A stretch of 64,000 nt of DNA from an uncultured Acidobacteriaceae bacterium (GTDB lineage Bacteria; Acidobacteriota; Terriglobia; Bryobacterales; Bryobacteraceae), in NCBI GenBank assembly GCA_963703035.1, contig OY969780.1:969644-1033643 (forward strand). Reading direction: 5' to 3'. The notes below the pieces were generated by a model. It did no database searches. It was not told where the DNA came from and saw nothing but the letters and a program-made list of their open reading frames with translations. Below are positions 57,563-64,000 of the stretch, one piece after another (position 1 is the first letter of the stretch; every line of letters starts with the position of its first letter). A program made the translations under genes and the position numbers.

Positions 57563-57754
57563 ATGCCACACACGGAAAAATCAAAGATTTCTTCTCATAC
57601 AGAAGGCACGAACCGGGGCGAAGAGGTCTTGAAGAGTAAAGGACCGGAACCCGGGCGCGAGACCGGTACGCGTACGGCTCGAGATTCAACCAGCATCAGT
57701 CCGAAATCGCGCGATCCCATCGACCCTCGTATGCCACACATGCCCCCTCCGTAG
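57563..57754 (+). CDS. Small hydrophilic hypothetical protein, 63 aa
   Basis: AGGAG at 57553-57557, 5 nt before the ATG. It is highly charged and Pro-rich and looks disordered. It is part of the ORF-track entry 57467..57754. Confidence 0.45.
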   Translation: MPHTEKSKISSHTEGTNRGEEVLKSKGPEPGRETGTRTARDSTSISPKSRDPIDPRMPHMPPP

Positions 57755-57772
57755 CTGGGAGCGGAAAGGCTA

Positions 57773-58315
57773 ATGCCAGACAACGAGATCCGCTCTCAGG
57801 AGTGGATCGATAAAATCGAGGAGTTAGTCCGACAGGCGGAATCTCTTCCCGACTCAAAGGCGCGGGCGGTCGCGGTCGATCTTGTGCAAGCGGTGGTGGA
57901 TTTTCACGCCGCTGGGCTGAATCGCGTAATGGAAATTATTGCTGATTCCGGCGGCACAACAGCCGCAGTGATCGATCGGATCGCGGCCGACGATCTGACC
58001 AGCAGCATGCTGCTCTTGCATGATCTGCATCCGGACGATCTGGAAACCCGAATCAAACGCGCTGTCTGCAAGCTGCAAGAAATGTTTGCATCTCTCGGTG
58101 CGAAGTTGTCGTTGGTAGCCATTGAAGACGGCACTGTGCGGTTGGACTTCGACTCCGCTCGGACCTGGTCGGGAACACCGGTGAAGGCCAGCGTCGAGAA
58201 CGCGATCGTTCAAGCAGCTCCTGAAATCTCTCGCGTCATCATCGAAGGATTGAAGGAGACGCCTCCTGCCAATTTCGTGCCCGTCTCCGAACTGTTTGCC
58301 GGATCGCGCGCATGA
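57773..58315 (+). CDS. Hydrogenase-cluster conserved hypothetical (NifU C-terminal-like?)
   Basis: 180 aa, co-directional and tightly spaced within the hhy cluster. The family assignment is uncertain. Confidence 0.6.
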   Translation: MPDNEIRSQEWIDKIEELVRQAESLPDSKARAVAVDLVQAVVDFHAAGLNRVMEIIADSGGTTAAVIDRIAADDLTSSMLLLHDLHPDDLETRIKRAVCKLQEMFASLGAKLSLVAIEDGTVRLDFDSARTWSGTPVKASVENAIVQAAPEISRVIIEGLKETPPANFVPVSELFAGSRA

Positions 58316-58968
58316 GCAAGCCTGGCGATGTGACTATCGGCCGTGGATTGGCGTCGCTTCGCAAGTTCGTGCAAAAGGCGCCGGAACCCGAGCGCTGTGA
58401 CCTATGCTCGCTGGCAATCGGGGAACAGCATCAGCATCTTTTCGATCCGCAGGCGCGCCGACTGTTGTGCACGTGCGACGCGTGCGCGATTTTGTTCAAC
58501 AGCAACGGGCAGACGAACTTCCGCCGCGTTCCGCGTGACACCCGGCATTTGAGCGAATTCGTGCTCTCCGATCAAGGCTGGAATAGTCTCGCCATTCCGA
58601 TCGGACTGGCCTTTGTCTATTCATCCAGCGTGACGAATCAAATACTCGCGGTATATCCCAGCCCGGCAGGCGCGACCGAGTCCGAGCTCGAGAAGGACGC
58701 CTGGGATGACATCGTTGCGGAAAATCCGGTGCTCGCAAAACTGGTCCCAGATGTGGAGGCCCTGCTGATCAATCGAATGAACGGCGCACGAGACTACTTT
58801 CTCGCCCCGATTGATGAGTGCTATAAGCTGACCGGCATTGTTCGGAAATATTGGCGTGGGTTCTCAGGTGGAGAAGAGGGCCTCGACCGGATTCGACAAT
58901 TCTTCGATACATTGAAAGAACGCTCGTACTCCCCTACCGGGATTCAATATGCCGGAACTCTCGTTTGA
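58312..58968 (+). CDS. Hydrogenase-cluster conserved hypothetical, Cys-rich N-terminus
   Basis: CDLCSLAIGEQHQHLFDPQARRLLCTCDACAILF. It overlaps the upstream gene by 4 nt. Confidence 0.6.
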   Translation: MSKPGDVTIGRGLASLRKFVQKAPEPERCDLCSLAIGEQHQHLFDPQARRLLCTCDACAILFNSNGQTNFRRVPRDTRHLSEFVLSDQGWNSLAIPIGLAFVYSSSVTNQILAVYPSPAGATESELEKDAWDDIVAENPVLAKLVPDVEALLINRMNGARDYFLAPIDECYKLTGIVRKYWRGFSGGEEGLDRIRQFFDTLKERSYSPTGIQYAGTLV

Positions 58969-59602
58969 GATCCTCTCCGCGAATCCAGTACGTGATATGA
59001 TCACGCCCGCACTGGCCTTCGATCTGCGCGTCACGAATGCGTTTCCGGAGCAGCCGATTGAGGCCATTCTGTTGCGCTGCCAGATCCAGATTGAGGTGGC
59101 ACGACGGCGCTACAGTTCCGCGGAGCAAGCTCAGCTTCGGGATCTCTTTGATGAGCCGGCCCGCTGGGGCGATACGCTCCGGCCCATCACGTGGACCAAC
59201 ACGTCTGTTACTATCCCGGCATTCTCAGGCAGTACCATCTGTCCCGTTATGGTGCCATGCACGTTCGATCTGAACGTCGGCACAGCGAAATATTTCCACG
59301 GAATCGCAGATGGAGACATCCCGCTGACTTTTCTATTCAGTGGTTCCGTCTTTTATAAGTCCGGAGAGGGCGCGTTACAGGTGGGGCCGATCTCGTGGAA
59401 TAAGGAAGCGCGATTTCGTTTGCCCGTACAGCTCTGGAGAAGTGCAATAGACCTCCACTATCCCAATGCCGCCTATGTCCTTCTGCGCCGTGATGTCTTC
59501 GAGGACCTGTATCGCTTCAAGATCAGCAAAGGGTTGGCATCTTTCGACGATGCGATTCAAAGCATGTTGACCATCACAGAACGGGAGCGCTCCGCGTCAT
59601 GA
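58949..59602 (+). CDS. Hydrogenase-cluster conserved hypothetical
   Basis: 217 aa. It overlaps the upstream gene by 20 nt and the downstream gene by 4 nt. Confidence 0.6.
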   Translation: MPELSFEILSANPVRDMITPALAFDLRVTNAFPEQPIEAILLRCQIQIEVARRRYSSAEQAQLRDLFDEPARWGDTLRPITWTNTSVTIPAFSGSTICPVMVPCTFDLNVGTAKYFHGIADGDIPLTFLFSGSVFYKSGEGALQVGPISWNKEARFRLPVQLWRSAIDLHYPNAAYVLLRRDVFEDLYRFKISKGLASFDDAIQSMLTITERERSAS

Positions 59603-60783
59603 CCTCCGCGATCGTCGATAAGATTGCGCGCGCGGTGCTCTATGAGGGCTATCTTCTTTACCCGTACCGGCACTCTGCTTTAAAGAACCAGCAACGCTGG
59701 AATTTCGGGGTGCTCTATCCGCCGGCATGGGCGGCTCGGCAAACCGGCTCGGATCGATCATATTTCCAAATGGAATGCGTTGCGCTCGGCAGCCCGGAAG
59801 CACGACTCGACATTTCCGTGCGGTTTTTGCAACTCCTCTCGCGCGAGCAGGCGGTCGAGCAAAGTATCAACGTCTCCGCGCTTTCGGTATCAGAACTCAC
59901 GGCCAATCCACATAGCGACTCGATTTCGCTGCCCGGCCCGCTCGAGGGTCAAGTCGAGATTTTCGCGCTGCCGATCCGCCCGGATCTCTTTTGTCTGACC
60001 GTGCAGTTCCGAAACACGACTCGCTGCGCCGCAGAAACTCGCGACGATGCTCTCATGCATTCCTTCGCTTCGGCGCACGCGGTTCTCCGGATTAGCAATG
60101 GCGAGTTTGCGTCCCAGACTGACCCGCCGGACGAATTTCGGGACGCCGTTACAGCCTGTCAGAACACGGGCGTGTGGCCGGTGCTCGTCGGCGAGAATGG
60201 AGCGCGCGACACGATGCTCGGCTCCCCGATCATCCTTTACGACTATCCGCAAATCGCGCCTGAAAGCAAAGGCGACCTGTTCGACGGAACCGAAATTGAC
60301 GAGATTCTGACGTTGCGCATTCTGACGTTGACGGATGAAGAGAAACAAGAGATGCGACGGTCAGACGAGCGCGCCCGGCGAATCTTGGAGCGGCTGGAAA
60401 CAAGCCCCCCCGAGGACCTTCTCGAACTGCACGGCGCCATGCGGAACCTCCAACAGCGGCAAAATGACGCTTGGAGCGCCTGGGACACGGTAGAAGGTCC
60501 GCCGCTCGGCACCGCCGCTGTTTCAGGAATTGAGCTGAAGAAAGGCGACCGCGTGCGGCTCCGGCCGGGGAAGCGCGCAGATATTTTCGACACGCTACTC
60601 CAGGGTAAAATCGCGATCATCGAATCGGTAGAGCAGGATTTCGAAGGCAATATACATTTCGCTGTGGTGCTCGAAGACGACCCTGGCCGGGATTTCGGCG
60701 AGATGCGGCAGGCCGGACATCGCTTCTTTTTCTCAATCGAAGAGGTAGAGCTGCTTCCATCCTCGGCTTCAACGAAGACCTGA
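59599..60783 (+). CDS. Hydrogenase-cluster conserved hypothetical, 394 aa
   Basis: Clean ORF, translationally coupled upstream, ending 2 nt before the endopeptidase gene. Confidence 0.6.
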   Translation: MTSAIVDKIARAVLYEGYLLYPYRHSALKNQQRWNFGVLYPPAWAARQTGSDRSYFQMECVALGSPEARLDISVRFLQLLSREQAVEQSINVSALSVSELTANPHSDSISLPGPLEGQVEIFALPIRPDLFCLTVQFRNTTRCAAETRDDALMHSFASAHAVLRISNGEFASQTDPPDEFRDAVTACQNTGVWPVLVGENGARDTMLGSPIILYDYPQIAPESKGDLFDGTEIDEILTLRILTLTDEEKQEMRRSDERARRILERLETSPPEDLLELHGAMRNLQQRQNDAWSAWDTVEGPPLGTAAVSGIELKKGDRVRLRPGKRADIFDTLLQGKIAIIESVEQDFEGNIHFAVVLEDDPGRDFGEMRQAGHRFFFSIEEVELLPSSASTKT

Positions 60784-60785
60784 TA

Positions 60786-61313
60786 ATGCCTGGATCCGTC
60801 TTAATAGCCGGTATCGGCAACATCTTCCAGGGCGACGATGCCTTCGGTGTAGCCGTCGCTCAGCGACTCATAACGCTAGGCCTGCCCGAACACGTCAAAG
60901 TCTTGGATATCGGTATCCGAAGCATCGATCTCGGGTTTGCGCTGCTGGACGAATATGGCTTGACGATTCTAGTGGACGCGGCTGCTCGCGGCGGCGAACC
61001 AGGGACGCTGTACACGATTGAGATTCAGCCCGGCGACGTACCGGATATCTGCGACGGAGATGCAGTTGTCAATTCGCACAGTCTGGATCCCGTTCGTGTA
61101 TTGGCGCTGGCAAAGAGCATGGGCGCAAAATTCAATCGCGTGTTGCTGATCGGCTGTGAACCGCTGGTCGTGGATCATGACGAAAGCGGACACATCGGGT
61201 TGAGTGAAGTAGTCCAAGCCGCCGTGGATCGAGCCGTCAAAAACGTCCGGCAATTAGTACAGGAATTTACAGTAATGACCGAACAGGAGGTGTATTCCCA
61301 TGAACACGTTTAA
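60786..61313 (+). CDS. Hydrogenase maturation endopeptidase (HybD/HupD family)
   Basis: VLIAGIGNIFQGDDAFGVAV, LVDAA and a conserved His region (NSHSLDP). Confidence 0.88.
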   Translation: MPGSVLIAGIGNIFQGDDAFGVAVAQRLITLGLPEHVKVLDIGIRSIDLGFALLDEYGLTILVDAAARGGEPGTLYTIEIQPGDVPDICDGDAVVNSHSLDPVRVLALAKSMGAKFNRVLLIGCEPLVVDHDESGHIGLSEVVQAAVDRAVKNVRQLVQEFTVMTEQEVYSHEHV

Positions 61314-61407
61314 GATCACTGCTATCGCGGCGGCGGCGCTGCTTACTGCGGGGCTGATTATGAACTGGGCAGATCTCAAGAGATACCTAAAGATCGAGCG
61401 CATGTGA
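61300..61407 (+). CDS. Possible 35-aa single-pass membrane peptide
   Basis: MNTFKITAIAAAALLTAGLIMNWADLKRYLKIERM. GGAGG at 61286-61290, 9 nt upstream. It is below the ORF-track size cutoff and overlaps the endopeptidase stop by 14 nt. Confidence 0.45.
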   Translation: MNTFKITAIAAAALLTAGLIMNWADLKRYLKIERM

Positions 61408-61423
61408 ACTTTAAGGCGAGAGG

Positions 61424-61792
61424 ATGCACGAACTCTCGATCGCGCTGAGCATTATCGAGGGAGTTGAAGAGGAGATCGGAAGGCGGCACGACGCACGCGT
61501 GGCAGTTGTCTATCTGAAGCTCGGTCCGTTATCTGGCGTGGTCAAAGACGCACTGCTTTTTTCGTACGATCTTGCTTGTGAAGGTACGTCGCTTGCCGGT
61601 TCGAGACTCGAAATCGAGGAAATTCCGGTCTCATTGTATTGCCCGGCATGTGATCAGGAACGGCCGGCGGTCTCAATCACCAACTTATGTTGCGACGTTT
61701 GCGGCACCCCGAGCGCTGAAATCCGGAAGGGCTCGGAACTGGAAGTCTTTGCATTGGAATTGAGCGATGAGCACGCCACCACGGCTGGTTGA
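61424..61792 (+). CDS. hypA: Hydrogenase nickel insertion protein HypA
   Basis: MHELSIA N-terminus and the CPAC...CDVCG zinc site. Confidence 0.93.
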   Translation: MHELSIALSIIEGVEEEIGRRHDARVAVVYLKLGPLSGVVKDALLFSYDLACEGTSLAGSRLEIEEIPVSLYCPACDQERPAVSITNLCCDVCGTPSAEIRKGSELEVFALELSDEHATTAG

Positions 61793-62444
61793 GGTCCGGC
61801 AAAAGGTCCTGAAGCGAAACGACCTGCTGGCCCGCGAGCTTCGCGAGCGCTTTCGTGCGGCAGGCGTTTACGTCGTGAGCCTTGTCTCGAGCCCCGGATC
61901 GGGGAAGACGGCGTTTCTCGAAAAGACTCTGACGCTGTTGAAACCGAAGGCGCGCATCGCCGCGCTCGTCGGCGATCTCGCAACGGACAACGACGCAGCC
62001 CGCTTGGCGCGAAGCATGGCGCCTGTGCGACAGATCACTACCGGTACCATCTGTCATCTCGATGCGGAGATGATCACCAAAGCGCTCGATGGTTGGCGGC
62101 TTGAAGACCTGGATCTGCTGTTTATCGAGAACGTCGGTAACCTGGTTTGCCCTTCGAGCTACGACCTGGGGGAGAATCTTCGAACGGTTCTCATGTCCGT
62201 CACCGAAGGAGAGGACAAACCGCTGAAATATCCAACCATCTTTAATACCGCCGATATCGCCATAATTACAAAAACCGACTTGGCACAAGCTGTCGAGTTT
62301 GATTGGCAGGCAGCAAAGCGAAACATTGCCGCGGTTCGATCCGGCATGGAGGTCTTAGCTGTGTCTTCCAAGACAGGCGACGGCATGGAAACCTGGGTGC
62401 AACACTTACTCCATTCCGTCTCTTCGATCATCCCTCCGCTCTAA
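61767..62444 (+). CDS. hypB: Hydrogenase nickel incorporation GTPase HypB
   Basis: P-loop SPGSGKTAF, ENVGNLVCP and the TKTDL G4 motif. Confidence 0.93.
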   Translation: MSTPPRLVEVRQKVLKRNDLLARELRERFRAAGVYVVSLVSSPGSGKTAFLEKTLTLLKPKARIAALVGDLATDNDAARLARSMAPVRQITTGTICHLDAEMITKALDGWRLEDLDLLFIENVGNLVCPSSYDLGENLRTVLMSVTEGEDKPLKYPTIFNTADIAIITKTDLAQAVEFDWQAAKRNIAAVRSGMEVLAVSSKTGDGMETWVQHLLHSVSSIIPPL

Positions 62445-62612
62445 GCCCGTTTTCATCTTCCGTCGTGGCGCGCTCCGCAGCCGCCATCGCGGCAGTCACA
62501 AATATCGGATTCTTTAACAATTCCTTTTACTTCAAGAAGTTACTTGCATCCTGGGCTTTGCCCGAGACGGTGCCGGTGAGATGTTTCGCTCAGGCCCGAT
62601 TCGGAGGTCCTC

Positions 62613-64000
62613 TTGAAACACATCGTCTTAGGATTTGCAGCCGTTCTGTGGATAACGTGCAGCGTAGCTTCCGCCCAAACACCGACCACAATCAATCTGT
62701 CCTCACAAGCACGTAATGCGGACTTCTCAGGCTTCTCTTTTACTAGACCAACATCCATCGGTTCGGTCTTGCCGTCGACGTGTAAGGTGGGCCAGCTCTT
62801 TTTTAATACTGCCGCTCCACCGGGGGCAAGCGTGTTCGGCTGTAGTCAACAGAATACCTGGTCAGTTGTCGGCGGGTATGCGCTGCCGCCGGCCGGTTCA
62901 AATACTCTGGGCGGTGTCAGTATTCCGAATAATTCCGGTTTGACTCTGAGCAGCAATGGGATTCTTTCTGTAAATATCGGTACCGGCGCGGGCACTGTGG
63001 CTGCCGGAAACGATGCCCGGATCGTGAACGCGTTACAGCCTGGATCTCTGATTCCGGCGGGTAACGTCACTGGGCTCGCCCGCTCCGCGACAACGGACGC
63101 CACGAATGCGTCTAACATCTCTGCCGGGACCCTCAGCACAGCGTTATTTCCAACGACGATTTCCAGCAATACAACCGGCAATGCCGCGACTGCGACGGCA
63201 TTCGCCGCAACGCCGGTTGGATGTTCTGCGAGTCAATATATGACAGGCATCTCTGCCAGAGGCGCTGCAATCTGCGCCCAAGTTGGCTATTCACAGGTAA
63301 GTGCAACTCCGGCCCTGTACAACCAAATGCTCCAGGCCGGCGGAACCGGGCTGACACCGCGGGCGAATCTCAATTTTGCGGCGGGCCCCAACGTAACCAT
63401 TACGCCCTCTGACAACGGGACGAATACGACCACACTCACTTTCTCTGCCGGCAGTGCTCTCTATGGCGTGAATGCAAGTGCACCCATCAACAGCAGTGGC
63501 GGGACAAATCCTACAATCTCTTGCCCGACGTGCGCTATCGGGAGCGCTCCATTTACGAACTACACTCTGCTCCTCGGGCAAGGCGGACAGGCAATCACGT
63601 CACTTGGTAGCACCGGAAGCACGACGCAAGTGCTTCACGGTAACGCTTCAGGCGTTCCATCCTGGAGTGCGGTGAATTTGGCAACCGATGTTACAGGAAA
63701 GCTGTCGAGCACATCCATCACTGGCCTGGCGGCGAGCGCCACAACGGACACGACCAATGCCGCAAATATCTCGAGCGGCACCCTGACCCCCGCGCGTCTT
63801 CCAACACCCGGCGCTTCGACACTGGGTGGAATCGAGAGCTCCCTAGCCCAACCCCACCAGTGGATCAATTCAATTTCCATTGCGGGGGTTGCCGGTTCGA
63901 GTCAACCAGCCTTCACCGATATTGCGGGCTCGCTCACTGCATCGCAACTGCCGTCTCTAACCGGGGACACGACCACCAGCGCTGGATCAACAGTAACGAC
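62613..64000 (+). CDS. Secreted repeat protein (tail-fibre-like Ser/Thr/Gly/Ala-rich); 3' end outside the window
   Basis: My own translation. TTG start 5 nt after GGAGG (62603-62607). Signal peptide LKHIVLGFAAVLWITCSVASA|Q. There is no stop codon from 62613 to the window end. It is absent from the ORF track, presumably because it has no stop. Confidence 0.7.
   Translation, partial: MKHIVLGFAAVLWITCSVASAQTPTTINLSSQARNADFSGFSFTRPTSIGSVLPSTCKVGQLFFNTAAPPGASVFGCSQQNTWSVVGGYALPPAGSNTLGGVSIPNNSGLTLSSNGILSVNIGTGAGTVAAGNDARIVNALQPGSLIPAGNVTGLARSATTDATNASNISAGTLSTALFPTTISSNTTGNAATATAFAATPVGCSASQYMTGISARGAAICAQVGYSQVSATPALYNQMLQAGGTGLTPRANLNFAAGPNVTITPSDNGTNTTTLTFSAGSALYGVNASAPINSSGGTNPTISCPTCAIGSAPFTNYTLLLGQGGQAITSLGSTGSTTQVLHGNASGVPSWSAVNLATDVTGKLSSTSITGLAASATTDTTNAANISSGTLTPARLPTPGASTLGGIESSLAQPHQWINSISIAGVAGSSQPAFTDIAGSLTASQLPSLTGDTTTSAGSTVT
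63069..63133 (+). repeat. Intragenic repeat copy 1 (TGLARSATTDATNASNISAGTL)
   Basis: Pairs with 63720-63785. The offset is about 651 nt (217 codons). Confidence 0.7.
63720..63785 (+). repeat. Intragenic repeat copy 2 (TGLAASATTDTTNAANISSGTL)
   Basis: Same motif as 63069-63133. A second shared motif follows each copy at different distances: LPPAGSNTLGGV near 62890 and LPTPGASTLGGI near 63800. Confidence 0.7.

Noticed and set aside
1-64000. Search for a CRISPR array (regularly spaced 25-40 nt direct repeats) to go with the csm genes
   Set aside because: I saw no such periodic repeats by eye. Almost all sequence is occupied by long ORFs, and the few gaps (18199-18653, 23912-24029, 40469-41161) contain no repeat-spacer pattern. 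A computational repeat finder should confirm this.

Overview
This is a gene-dense, roughly 60% GC chromosomal segment. It most likely comes from an Acidobacteriota genome. That is an inference from hallmark families: a CarboxypepD_reg-type TonB-dependent receptor, an acidobacterial VWFA-related protein, BNR/sortilin-like proteins and a group 1h hydrogenase.

Gene order:
- 1-9.4 kb: partial sensor histidine kinase, hicAB toxin-antitoxin pair, GT2 glycosyltransferase, three Tad pseudopilin-like genes (TadE, TadE, TadG-vWA), a three-gene sugar-phosphate operon, and an MscS channel.
- 9.3-13.5 kb: BNR-repeat protein and a conserved hypothetical.
- 13.8-18.2 kb: housekeeping block frr-pyrH-tsf-rpsB and rpsI-rplM.
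- 18.6-23.9 kb: type III-A-like CRISPR effector operon cas10-csm2-csm3-csm4-csm5. Cas10 is only 492 aa, has no HD domain and carries GGEEF. No CRISPR array, cas6, cas1/2 or CARF gene is visible anywhere in the window.
- 24.0-26.1 kb: divergent from the effector operon, a CPBP/Abi intramembrane protease and a protein with a C-terminal CAP12/Pycsar-type TIR domain and an unassigned N-terminal domain.
- 26-45 kb: SDR, VWA protein plus 1124-aa secreted protein, sulfite-oxidase-like Mo enzyme, M28 peptidase, two ECF sigma/anti-sigma modules (one with a TonB-dependent receptor), K+ channel, cupin, and a PEP-mutase family enzyme.
- 45.5-47.4 kb: a Gram-negative-type sortase with an LPKTAS substrate.
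- 48.4-62.4 kb: complete group 1h (high-affinity, Hhy-type) [NiFe]-hydrogenase cluster with hypCDE, hypF, hypAB, an endopeptidase and several conserved unknowns.
- 62.6 kb to the window end: an untracked open-ended ORF for a secreted repeat (tail-fibre-like) protein.

The best candidate for a new system is the array-less minimal-Cas10 type III module together with the neighbouring TIR and CPBP genes. All functional calls come from reading motifs by eye. No database search was run.
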